Positions 1 through 12,170 of a DNA stretch of 64,000 bases are shown piece by piece (position 1 is the first letter of the stretch; each line of letters starts with the position of its first letter). Below the pieces are notes generated by a model. That model saw nothing but the letters and a program-made list of their open reading frames with translations. It did no database searches and was not told the DNA's origin. The stretch is taken from positions 163,866,001 to 163,930,000 of the forward strand of contig OZ024743.1 of NCBI GenBank assembly GCA_964016885.1, written 5' to 3'. The DNA comes from Eledone cirrhosa. Lineage: Eukaryota. Both the position numbers and the translations under genes were made by a program.

Positions 1-460
1 GTTCTTCCACGCTAGCATGGGTTAGACGGGTTGTCCTGTTGTGGGCAGTGTCTGGTCGGCTGACCTTTCTTGCTCATACAGGAACTGATTCTGGCTTGAT
101 TTCTACAGCTGGATGCCCTTCCTAACACCAACCTCATTTACAGTGAGTGCTGGGTGCTTTTTTCCGTGGCGCCTACACATCCACTTTACAGTGTGGGCTG
201 GGTGCTTCTTTGCCGTGGCACCTCCACGACCACTTTGCAGTGTGTGTGTGTGGGGGGGGGGCATATTGTCTATATGCTTCAGTTTGTACCCATGGGAGGT
301 CGGGTACTCTGTATTACTGCGTGACGCCAGAAGTCACGGTCGTGTGTCATTGCCTTTGAGAGGTGTAATTGGGTAAGGTCGGCTTTTATCACCTCATCCC
401 AGGTCATCTTGGGTCTCCCCACTCCGCGGTTTCCATCAACTTCTAGTGCTCTGCACCTTT
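1..460 (-). mobile_element. RTE LINE 3' end (subfamily A), 5'-truncated; tail runs off the window start
   Basis: ORF 279..473 encodes the RTE C-terminus (RGVGRPKMTWDEVIKADL). The 3' UTR is near-identical to copies at 30265, 41345-41736 and 51300-51594. Confidence 0.9.
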
Positions 461-1249
461 TATATATATTCATTTTATTAGTATTGCTAATTGAGATTTG
501 TCAGACCATATTTCAACTTAGATATTCATACTTTAAGGAAAGTAGAGAGTCATCATTATCACCGTTTAATATCTATTTTCCATACTTGCATGGGTTAGAT
601 GGGTTTTTATCTGCTGAAGCCAGACTGGTGAGGTTCTCATACCATTGACACAGAGATTTCTGTCTTCTACAGTAATCTAACTATTTCATCATTATCACTG
701 TTTAACCTGTATTTTCTATGCTTGCATGGGTTAAATGGCTGTCATGCTCGGCTTGACTGATCAGATGACTAGGTCCTGCTTGGTTTCTTAGCTGGATGCC
801 CTTCTTGGTGTCAACCACTTTACAGACAATATTTTGAGCTTGATTTCTATAACTAGATGCTCTTCCTAACACCAGCCACTTGACAACATGTATTAGGAGT
901 ATAGTTTCTGTGGCTGAATGCCCTTCTTAATGCCAACCACTTTACAGCATGTACTAAGAGCATTTTATCATGACTCCAGCACTACCTCCTTACAGGGTTG
1001 ACTGGGTACTTTTGTTGTGGCACCATTTCTGTATCTATTTCATGTATGAATATACAATTTGTTGCTATGTAATACTATTGTCCAGATGTGGAAGTTTACC
1101 TTCTTTTCTCCCTTTTCATTCATTTCTCATTTTTCTGTAGAATGATGTAGCTTGAAATGTCATCAATAACTCTTTAAGACTTCTCCTGTGTATCAGTCTG
1201 ATAACTTTAATTTGTATCTTACCTTGCCTTCTTATTTTTGTATTTTACT

Positions 1250-1593
1250 TATTTCAGTCAGTAGACTGAAAACATGTTGGGGCACTGCCTTGATTTTTTC
1301 AATTCTATCAATACCTAGTACATATCTTTTTCAAGCCTTGTACTTATTTTATTGATTTATTTTTTGTTGCACCTCTAAGTTACAGGACATAAACACAGAT
1401 GTGGACCCACATGTGCATACACACACATATATATGTATATGCATTTATACAATGGGCTTCTGCAGTTTCTGTCTACCAAATTCCACTTGCAAGTCTATCA
1501 TAGAAGGCACTTGCCCAAGGTGCTGCACAGCATAGCTAAACCCAGAACCACATAGTTCCAAAACAAACTCCTTAACCACATAGTCATTTCTGC
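1250..1593 (-). mobile_element. Decayed tRNA-derived SINE (octopus OR/OK-like)
   Basis: Minus strand has a decayed tRNA-like head, a CORE-like ccttgggcaagtgccttct segment and a tail with an aataaaataagtac motif. Family name is from recall only. Confidence 0.55.
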
Positions 1594-1897
1594 ATTTATG
1601 CGTGTATAAGAAGCAAAGGGACTTAACTTTGCATCTCCACACGTGCCTCGACTGAATCCACGATGTTCACCTGTTTCACGTCTGGCCAGAGAACATAGCA
1701 AATCTCACACACTCATTCATACCAGTCATTAAAAGGACATCCACACTCAATGCTGCCTATGAACCGAAAAACAGCCCTCACTTCTGGCAAGATCTCCTTT
1801 GCATTTCCTGCATCCCAACCCCACCGTATATAATTTAAATTTAAGTGTGAATGTAACACAAATATAAGTGTATATTGTTTCTTCAGTCCTAGGTTAA

Positions 1898-2467
1898 CCC
1901 TTTTCATACCAAGCTACCTAAACCCACATGATTTTACAATATTTAGCTGTTTATTTTAAAGTGTTTTTATTTATCTAAAAAAAAGCTTCCATAATTTTTT
2001 GTAAAAATATTTGTTCTAAACACCAACTTAATGAAAAATTTAGTTATATTGCTAAATCTCTCCAAATTCTTGATTATTTTCAGAGTTATATTAAATATAT
2101 AATCAAAGTCTTTCATTAGAAATATAGTAACAATATGATTAAACCTCAGAAATGTTGTCTACTTGTGTGTGTGAGAGAGAGTGAGAAAGTAGAGCAGAAA
2201 GCCAAATTTTGTAATTGAAATTAAATGTTTATTTTTAAATGCTTTATATTTATTCTAGAAACCTAATCATAATTTTATGTAAAAACCTTTAAGTTATATT
2301 CCTAGCACCAGCTTAATAATGAGAAAGTTAGTTACATTTCTAAAATCCCTCAAAATGATTTGATCATAAACTGTCCTTCATTAGAAACATGGTAATGACA
2401 TGGTGAAAACCAGAATTTCTCTGCTATAAAACCAAAAGCAGTTTCAGGCAATTTAGTATTAAAAGGG
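1898..2467. mobile_element. piggyBac-type MITE
   Basis: TTAA|CCCTTTT at 1894 and AAAAGGG|TTAA ending 2471. Related fragments occur at ~4800-5085 (two ends share one TTAA at ~4916), ~5850-6040, ~24830-25005 and ~32230-32370. Confidence 0.65.
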
Positions 2468-3331
2468 TTAAACAATTTATATTGCTTAACCAGTTTCTCA
2501 GCCACCAGACGACATTCCATGTTTGTACAAACATTAAGATCTTCATCAAACTGGATTTTACAGCTAAAGCTTATGGCATATAATTAATTTTTTTTTTATT
2601 TTTTGTTATACAGTGAGAATACTTAAAATTCCATTCATAATATCAATCAAAATGTTGCTTAACGCTTTTTATGACATAAAAAAAATGCTGCAAGCCATAG
2701 TTTATCTGCTGCAAAATTACTTGACTATGAAGAAGTTAAAAAAATCTATTGTTTATTTTATATATGTCATATCTTGCATTATATTTAACTTAACAACAGA
2801 AGCAATTGTGTTAGAGTAGTGACGTTCTGTGTTGTAGCAGCCATTGTGAAATGTTGTGACCAGCAGATCTTGACTAACTCATTGATAACAACACATTTTT
2901 ACCATAACTGTGATGTTGTTGTCTGTGCAGTAGCTACTAGACAATATACTGCTGAAATATGTCCATTGTGAAAGTGTTAATTCACTAACAAAAGGATTTA
3001 GAGATAATTAAGTTATAGTTATTTTCCATCACCAATACACAATGTTGGTTGAAGCCTATTTATGTGTGGAAGCATTAACTCTTAACATCATGTACTGATT
3101 TAGCAGAAAATATCTAGAAATGGGTTTGGAGGGAAGGATAAAAGCCAAATTCACTATCTTCAATTTGGTGTTTCTGCCTATCCTTACCTATGGTTAGGAA
3201 TCTATGTCTGTCTTTATGGCTATGAGTGCCTATGTCTGTGTGTGATGCTTATCTCATATACTGTTTACAGTTTCTTCTCCCTCCAATTAATTAGCTAAGA
3301 ATTTTAAGGAATTCACTAAAATTATTTATTA

Positions 3332-4796
3332 CTAGCAGTGTATCCCGGCGTTGCACGGGTAAGAACATTGGTAATAGCACCTCCAATGAGAAACGTTTTT
3401 GTGAGTGCCTGTTAAAAACTCACAAAGATATACCGACAGGAAACTTGTTTTATTTGGAGAAAATTAAGAAGTTGAAAGTACAGTTTAGCTGTCTACGTGC
3501 ATTGTTCATAGAAATATTGTTGAGCCCCTCCTTTTCATACTCCTCTGTTTTGGCCTTTTAGAGTAAATGTGAAAGAGAAAGTCACAGATTAAGTTGGCAG
3601 AAGGTTCCAGTGTCATAGCTGTAAGGCGTAGGCTACTTACCTCAAAAGTTCATTCGCACTCTTTCCACTAAGTTACTCTTTCTCTCTATCCCTCTCGGTG
3701 CAGACCCTTGCAAATTTCTCGCGTAGGCCTGGTGTAGATTTGCACCCGATCCATCTACCCGATGCACATGTCCGCTTTGTACGGCTTTTGGAAGAATGAG
3801 TGACCAGCAGTACGTTGTTCAGTATTATTACGAAAAGGTGTAGCAGGGAATCCCGCGTAAACTAACAGCTCGGGAGGAAACTGCTTACCTCGAAGATTCA
3901 TTCGCCATCGTTCTTGTCTACGCTCCATTTACTTGGTATTTGTTGGTCTACAGTTAGATGAATGGCGCACAAAGGGTTAATGTTTATTGGCAAGAAGTTT
4001 TTTTAATAATAAAAGACGGGTTAAAGCGACCTACAATGTATCTGTGTGTATCATTTTTCATTCATTTCATTTTTACATCCACTTTTCCTTGCTTGCAAGG
4101 GTGGGACGGGAACTGATTCTGGCTTGATTTCTACAGCTGGATGCCCTTCCTAACACCAACCTCATTTACAGTGAGTGCTGGGTGCTTTTTTTTTTTTTTT
4201 CCGTGGCGCCTACACGTCCACTTTACAGTGGAATGATAGGGACCCCAGTCCCTATCATCTCATTTCTACAGCTGAGTAAACTGGAGCAATGTGAAATAAA
4301 GTGTCTTGCTCAAGGAAACAACACATCACCCGGTCTGAGAATTGAACTCACAACCTTTCGATTGCAAGGCCAATGCTCTAACCACTAAGCCATGTGCCTC
4401 CATTGTATATATATATATATACAGAGATACATATATATATATATGTGTGTGTGTGTATGTATGCATATATATATATGTGTATGTATGTATGTGTGTGTGT
4501 GTGCATGTAGCAAAGATAATACGTCAGCAATGATGTATTCGTCAGAATGTCGTTATGCAGACAGCCAGACATACAGACAGATATTATAAGGGCTCGACAG
4601 AGATCGATAACCGGCGCCTAACACCCCTTTAACAACAGAAAATTGAAAAATAAAAGCTGCAGTTAGTATCTTTAGACTGTAAGGAATATATAAATGCAAG
4701 TTTGAAGTCAATCGGAGTAGAAATGTGGATTTGTATAGACTTTGCAAAAATGAGGGGACACACACAGACAACAACAGTTTTATATATATGTATAGA
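3332..4796 (-). mobile_element. Non-autonomous Helitron, interrupted by a SINE
   Basis: Minus strand begins A|TCTAT at 4796 and ends with the hairpin CCCGTGCAACGCCGGG followed by CTAG|T at 3332. It sits between A and T with no TSD. Confidence 0.8.
4051..4402 (-). mobile_element. tRNA/CORE-like SINE with RTE-derived 3' tail
   Basis: A box TGGCTTAGTGG and B box GAGTTCAATTC, then a CORE-like ccttgagcaagacacttt segment and a tail matching the RTE 3' UTR. Six copies are present in the window. Confidence 0.9.
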
Positions 4797-5277
4797 TTTC
4801 AATTCTAAGATAGTAATTTAACATATGGTTCTTATATAAGATTATGTTGGAAGATTTTAATTCAAATATGAACACTTTAAAATGGATGATTTTGACATGG
4901 TTGTTATCAAAAGGGTTAACCCTTTTGTTTCCATATTTCACTGGTGTTTTGAACATAACTTAACAAAGGTTCTTTACATAAAATTATGATGAAAGGTTTT
5001 TAGATAAATATGAACACTTTAAGATGAAAGTTTTATATCATGGCACTTGGGATGATTTCAAGTATTTTGGTATGAAAGGAGTTAAAAAAGGAAAGACATA
5101 TTAGACAATACAGTCTTGCCTTTAATCATCGGCCTGTGCAGTCATGGCTGACTTGGGGCTAAACAATGCAACTAGCTTTTCCTACATACTATGCAAATAC
5201 TAGATTTTTTTGTTCTAAAGGGTTAATGCACTGGATGCTCAGCCTGAGCATCAACTGATCAATACCTACAGAAGAAA

Positions 5278-5458
5278 AAACAGAGTTTGGCTTCCTTAGG
5301 CCCTCCCACTAACTTATTACAAAAAGGGCTTGGTTTCCCTAGCCCCGTTCACTAACTTATTACAGAAACAAGGTTTGGCTTCCCAAGCCGCCACCCTAAC
5401 TTATTATAAAAATGAGATTTGACTGCCCTATCTACTCCCACTAACTTATTACAAAAAA
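5278..5458. repeat. Degenerate tandem repeat, ~46-bp unit x4
   Basis: Recurring tttggcttccct...cactaacttattacaaa. Confidence 0.75.
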
Positions 5459-7137
5459 ATCTAATCCTTTTAGTTTCTTTCATCCTTATCAGCTCCAACT
5501 CCACTTTTTTCCCAATGTCTTTCACTTCTTTATTACATATCTGCTGTATTTTTCATATCTTTATTATATATATTTTTCTATTTCTTTTTAGGTAAAATGT
5601 TTCATATTTCTTCTAGCTGAAATTAAAGTAACACACACACATGCATGCACATATGCACATACACACATATTGCCATACTAAATGAAAAGAAAAGCAAAAT
5701 AACAGTAAGTAATTTTTTATCATCATCATCACCATTATTATGAAATATCAGGATAAATATTACCTTAGCCTGTTCACTGCCCTATCCTAAGGGAAGATAT
5801 ATCTCTTATCTACATGAAAATGCTATGTAATCTGAAATAAATCTTTCAAAGAGCATGGGCTTAATAGAGTTTTAAGTTTATATTTTTCTTCCATCACAAA
5901 AGAAGCTTTGTTAAGTTATGCTCCAAACACCAACTTAATAATGGGATAGTTGTATTATTACTAAATCTTTCCAAATTCTTGATTATTTTGAAAATGGTTT
6001 AAAAATCACAGGCAGTGTGTTTCGTGTTTTTCATGTGGTAAAAAAAACAAAATAAAATGAGCTGATTGTCAAATTGGACCAAGAAAATAATGTTTCCATT
6101 GGTCTTTCCATTGCTGACACTATCTGCCAGGAGTTGCAACTGACAGAAATATTATCATTTTCCATCTGCACCCTTTCATCTTTACAAACATCAATTCCCT
6201 TTTAATCCAAACTCATGCAACAATAATAATAAAAACAACAATAATGATATTATTAAAGTGTTTCTATATAAGGCGTAAGATCAGCAATTTGAAGGGGAAA
6301 GTTGATTAAATCAACCCCCAGTACATTCAACAATTTCTAATTTAGGCACAAGGCCAGGAATTTGACTGGGATGTGGGAGTCAGAGGAATTCTATACACTC
6401 TTCCACCAACCTACATATCCACACCTCAACATATCCATGCTCTCACTCACACATCCACATGTCCAGCCCCCACTCACCTGCCCACAACCCCCACCACCTG
6501 AGCTTTATCTTCCTGTTTCTTTTACTTTTATCCTTTTGATCCCTGTTTTGATGTGATGGGGGTGGTGGAGTGGGCGTACTATTGTTTCTTTGTTAATTTG
6601 TTGTCTTTTCCTGGTTCCTTCCTTCCTTCCAATCATCATCATCACTACTGCCATCATCACTTATGACCAACACAATTATAACCATCATCATCATCATCAC
6701 CCTCCACCCACATCAACATCTCCTTCATCATCATTACCATTATCCCTACCACTATTACCATCTGCACTCCTCCCAACCCTCAATCAGTGTCATCATCATC
6801 ATCATCACCAAGAACAACCTCACCACCTCCACCATCATCATTACCATCACCATCTCCATAAACCCTTGTATGCAACCTGAAAACTAACTCCTCCCTTTTA
6901 TTACATTAACTGCTATACTTCTCTTTGAAGTGTTGGTACCAAAAGTAAACAGCTTCTCTTCCCTCCCTCACTGCTCCGCTATATCAACCTTCTCTTTTAC
7001 TCTCTATCTATCTAACCCTCTTTCCTCCCTTCCCCTCATCTCTCATCTCCTCTCCCTTCATCTTTTCTCTCTTCCATTCTCTTTATTTTTTTATTATCTC
7101 CCCTTTTTTTTGTGTTTATGTATTTTCACCCTATATA

Positions 7138-7471
7138 TCATCATCATTTTACGGCCGCTTTTCCCTGCTTGCAAGGGTGGGACAGGAACTGATTCTGGCT
7201 TGATTTCTACAGCTGGATGCCCTTCCTAACACCAACCTCATTTACAGTGAGTGCTGGGTGCTTTTTTTTCCATGGCATCTCCACGACCACTTTACAGTGG
7301 AATGATATGGACCCCAGTCCCTATCATATCATTTCTAAAGCTGAGTAAACTGGAGCAATGTGAAATAAAGTGTCTTGCTCAAGGAAACAACACATCACCC
7401 GGTCTGAGAATTGAACTCACAACCTTTCGATTGCAAGGCCAATGCTCTAACCACTAAGCCATGTGCCTCCA
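7138..7471 (-). mobile_element. tRNA/CORE-like SINE with RTE tail
   Basis: Near-identical to 4051-4402. Confidence 0.9.
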
Positions 7472-7654
7472 TATATATATATATAAAAGAAAATTTCGCT
7501 CTACATGGCTGAATACAATAAATGTAATCTGACTTTTTCGAATATTAATAATAACATTCGATTTGTTTGCAATTATGCAAACAAACCTCAATTTTATAGC
7601 CATGTCAGTAGAATGAACACTTCATTCTTGCTCTTGTGTTGGCATGCGAACAGA

Positions 7655-7700
7655 ACTGCAGACAGAAATGTTTCTGGGTATCACCCTTCATCAGTACAGC
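7655..7700 (-). ncRNA. Type I hammerhead ribozyme
   Basis: Minus strand reads GCTGTA CTGATGA A GGGT gat ACCC A GAAA CA tttc TG TC TGCAGT. Stem I is GCTGTA/TGCAGT, the core is intact and the cleavage triplet is GUC. Confidence 0.8.
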
Positions 7701-8143
7701 TCACTGTTCACCTGCTAAATTGTCAGAGCTAGTGAAAATATATGCTATTTTCAAAAATACACAGTGACTGATCGGCTTGATTTGCATATTAGCAGACTGG
7801 CTGATCAGTCAGATCTACATATTAGCAGATCCACTGATCAGCCAGATTTGCATATCAGCAGACTGGCCAGTCAGTTTCCTGTATACGAGCGATAAATGGA
7901 CGACTTTGCCAAATTTAAATAAAAAAGAAAATTTCGCTCTACATGGCTGAATACAATAAATGTAATCTGACTTTTTCGAATATTAATAATAACATTCGAT
8001 CTGTTTGCAATTATGCAAACAAGCCTCAATTTTATAGCCATGTCGGTAGAATGAACCTTTCATTCTTGCTCTTGTGTTGGCATGCGAACAGAACTCCAGA
8101 CACTAATGTTTCGAGCTCTGACAGTTTGGCAGGTAAACAGTGA

Positions 8144-8189
8144 GCTGTACTGATGAAGAGTGATACCCAGAAAAATTAGTGTCTGCAGT
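8144..8189 (+). ncRNA. Type I hammerhead ribozyme, degenerate inverted copy
   Basis: GCTGTA CTGATGA AGAG tgata CCC A GAAA aattagtg TC TGCAGT. The core is intact; stems II and III carry mismatches. Confidence 0.65.
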
Positions 8190-8607
8190 TCTGTTCGCAT
8201 GCCAACACAAGAGCAAGAATGAACTGTTCATTCTACTAACATGGCTATAAAATTAAGGCTTGTTATCATAATTGCAAACGAATCGAATGTTATTATTAAT
8301 ATTCGAAAAACTCAGATTACATTTATTATACGTATATATATATTAATAAAAGATCGGAGGCAATATTCAGTTGATTCAGGTTTATTTAAAACTCTGTTAT
8401 ACTTATTTCATTGAGGACTATCAGATATGATAGCCTGAGCTCTTCAGATGGCAAAACCTAAAATAAACATTGAAAGTTCCTAAGAAATCTTTAAATTTGG
8501 AAAAATCCAGTAATTTCCCCGAAAAAGATTTGCTTTTCATTGATACAGGGGGCTGGCGAAACACATGGTGTTGTTTATTTGATGGCTGGCCCCTGTATGT
8601 GCATGCC

Positions 8608-8674
<67 letters not shown>

Positions 8675-9188
8675 ACATGTAGGCAGACACACAGGGAGAG
8701 GAGGTGATGGGAGTCTCAATTCCATTTTCCCTGATCCTTTACTTAATCACCTGCCTGGCTTAAAATGTAAGAAATAAAAGATTTTTCTTCCACTGGCACA
8801 CATACACACATCCAAGGACATCATCCTTATATCACACATGCTCCTCTCTCATTCCTTCTCCCCTCTCCTCTTTTCTCTCACTGTCTCTCTCCCTTTCTCC
8901 TCCCCCTCTCTGTCTCACTATCTCCCTATCCCATCCCACCCACTCTAATTCTGTATTGATCACTAATATTATGACCTAAAAATAGAAGCTAAACAAAAAT
9001 CCCAAGAATGTTGTGTATAAAGAACCCTTGCCATTAAACACATTCCCCTTGACTCTTTCTTAACCTGAGTTTTGAGTATCTACCTGATCAATTCATCTAA
9101 CCATCTATCCATCTAACCAACCAACCATCAACCAACATTCCATCCATCCCTCTAACCATCCATATCTATTTATGTCTGCACGTCAATG

Positions 9189-9526
9189 TATTCTCGGGTC
9201 CCAAATGTTAGGGTGGGGTTGGAATAAGTGGGGGTTGGAGTGGAAAATCTCTAATTCTTGGTTGTCTCCCTTGTGTTTTTTTTTAAAACCAGGATTAGTC
9301 AGTTACATATTTTAGACCCCAACCCATCCTATTTATTTTATAACATATGAGATTTCTTGTAATATTCTTTTTTTGTCATGTATAATGTCCCACTTAAAAT
9401 AAAATTTTGCTTAAGATAGATTAGTAAAATTTGATAAGCAGGTTGGTTGGAATATGAGCGGGGAGTGAGTGGAAAAATCTTAAAATTAATAAGCAGTGGG
9501 GGACGATTATTCAAGACCCAAAAGTA
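9189..9526. mobile_element. TA-flanked MITE-like repeat
   Basis: Termini ta(t/c)tctcgggtcccaaat...ttattcaagacccaaaagta. Related copies lie at ~24455-24795 and, inverted, at ~33545-33837. Confidence 0.55.
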
Positions 9527-12105
9527 CCTCTCCAGAGGCAGACAAGCTATATGGGTTTTGGGGCAATGTCTGATTGGCTACTGGTCTCAGTAGAAATAAA
9601 ACAGCTAATACAATGTCACAAAAACTGTTTCATATAGACTCAAAGGAATATGTAAAGTACAAGTACTTTAGCTGTGCAGTAAAAAACACACCTCTAATCT
9701 TCAGCAGTCTGTTAATTAATATCACCTCAGGTGAGCAATGAAAACACACCTCTAGTCCTCAACAGTCAGTTAGCAGTGTCATCTTAGCTGAGTAGTGGAA
9801 GCAGCCTTTTGTTTATCAGGATCCCCCCCCCCCTACACACACACAAGCATAAGGAAGAGAAACCACTTGGTTTATCAGTGTATCCTACACATAAACATAG
9901 GGAAGCAAAACCACATATGGTTAGTCAGGGTACCCCACTGATAAACACAAGGAAGTGAAAACCACATTGTGTTTATCAGGGTACCCCACACAGAAAGCTG
10001 GATTACCCTGAAACACCAGGCAATAGTTTTTTCATAGGTTTTGCTAATCTACAACCATATATATAGAAGAAAGAAAAGAGAACCAATTGCCTGATTAGGT
10101 TAAGGAGATAATGTTTCCATTGCTGATGCTATCTGCCAGTTACAACTCTTAACAAAAGAAGCCACAAAGCATCCCATTCAGCTCTTTCACAATTGTGCCT
10201 ATCTTCTCTCCCTGGACTGGCTCAGAAAGGCAAAGTTAACCTCAACAGGATTCAAACTCAGAGCACAAAGAACCAGAACCAGTGAGGCATTTAATCAAAC
10301 ACTTTAATAACCCTGCCAATTCAACAGCTATATAGAATATGGCTGTTGAACAATGCCAATCCCTCATTATGGAATCTCTAAGAGTGAAATCCCAATGTAA
10401 CAGACCTTTTTATCTCTTTTCAAAAGTATAAAGTTCAAAAGTCTCTCAGAAAAAATGAGAGTATAACAAAGAATTTGTGTGTAAGTGTCACTATATGTTT
10501 CTGTATGTTTGTGTACGTTTGTCTAGATGTGTGTTTGCATGTGTCTATATTTGTGGCACTGTGTCTGGGCATATGTCTCGATCTGTGTGTCTCAGTGTAT
10601 GTGTGTGGATGTGTGCATCTATGTATTTATATATGTGTATGTACATATGTTTGTGCCTATGTATGTTTGTGTGTGTGTCTGTGTATGGATGTGTGTATGT
10701 GTGTGAGTGTGTCTAGGTTTGTATGTATGTTTGTATATGTCTATGTATACAACCTTTCAATGACTGTTGCTTTAATGAGAAGAACTTGAACTGTGGAAGA
10801 TTTAACACATTGGTGATTACACTTTACATTGCATTTATCTATGTAGCGTATTTTAGTCTTTCAATCAATCAAGTTCCTGCAACTGGTTGTAGCCAGTTAT
10901 TGGATTGCCACTCCAATCAATTTTTCCAGTCAACAGTCACTACTGGTCTCTGCACACTATCATATATATATGTATATCACCTTCATCATCCTTTAATTTC
11001 CATTTTCCATGCTAACATGGGTTAGACAAGTTGTCCTGTTGTAAGACAAGTCAAATCAGGTGACTGTCTTGTTCATACAGAATTGTTTCTGGCTTGGTTT
11101 TTATGGCTGGATGCACTTCCTAAAGCCAACTATTAAATTTCTGTGGACTGGATGCTTTTTATCGTGGCACCAAAACAACCAACTGACAGGTTGGATTGAG
11201 TACTTTTTCATTATGTCACTAGCCCAACCACCTTACAGGGTAGACCAGGTGCTTTTTGTTGTGTTACCAACACAACCACTTTACAGAATGGGCTGGGTGT
11301 TCTTTTGTCATGTCACAAGTATGAGCACCTTACATGGTAGATTAGGGGCTTTTGTTGTGTCACCAGAATGACCACCTTACAGGGTGGATTAAGAGCTTTT
11401 AGTCATTTCAGCAGCATTTTGAGAGAGCATGTCTAGCTTTCCATGCAAGATGTGGATTGGAGAAGTAGGTCTAAGGTGGGGTACTTAGCTGGTAAGGGGT
11501 AGCATGTTAATATCTGGGAGGTGTATGGGTGATTGAGGAGGGAGAGGAGAAAATTTGGTGCACACTATTATGTCCTCTACATGTTTACATATATATATAT
11601 ACTAAAACTCTGTGATTGTGTGCTTGTCTGTAATTTAATACAGCCAAAACGGTACATAATGGGAAAATACTTTGAAAGGAAGTTGACCCTGAAATGGGGA
11701 TACAAATGGAATAAAACAAGTTTTGTATAAATCGGAGCACGGGTTCCTGAGATACAGGGTTTTTCCGAGTACCTTCATAAATAGAGAGAGAGAAAGATAG
11801 TGAAAGAGATAGTGGTTAGAGAGAGAGAGAGAGAGAGAAGGAGACAGAAGTAAAATGGAAGAGAGAGAGCTGGTGGTGATCTTGAATGAAATTATAACAG
11901 GTAACTTCAAACAATCAAATACGGCATTACTGTATCTAGCTCGAATTTGGTGACTGAATATTAAGTCATATGTATCATATAACTTGTGTTAGGACAGGAT
12001 GTGTGTAGCAATATCTCCTGCTAATTAGGAAGGGTTTCTAAGTGTGTGTGGATGTATATATATGTGTGTGTCTGAACAGTGTATATAGGTCACAAACACC
12101 CACAT

Positions 12106-12141
<36 letters not shown>

Positions 12142-12170
12142 GCCTTCCAATTTCATTTTACATTATATAC

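Larger units (their letters stand above)
7485..8330 (-). mobile_element. Non-coding hammerhead-bearing partial-tandem plus inverted repeat (retrozyme or non-autonomous PLE-like)
   Basis: 7485-7674 is directly repeated at 7923-8112 (period ~438 bp). 8114-8330 is an inverted copy of ~7515-7730. Hammerhead cores lie in the repeated unit. Confidence 0.75.

Noticed and set aside
1134-1165. Possible decayed hammerhead (ctgtaga...cttgaaatgtca)
   Set aside because: The core and stems are too degenerate to support.
1590-1830. Non-repetitive-looking stretch as a possible host exon
   Set aside because: No recognisable protein motif or supported splice pair in any frame.
6590-6887. His-rich and Ile-rich ORFs
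   Set aside because: Low-complexity (CAT/CAC)n decay.
8395-8452. Possible hammerhead on the minus strand (CTGAAGA...GAAA)
   Set aside because: A central hairpin exists, but the base of stem II and stem I do not pair convincingly.
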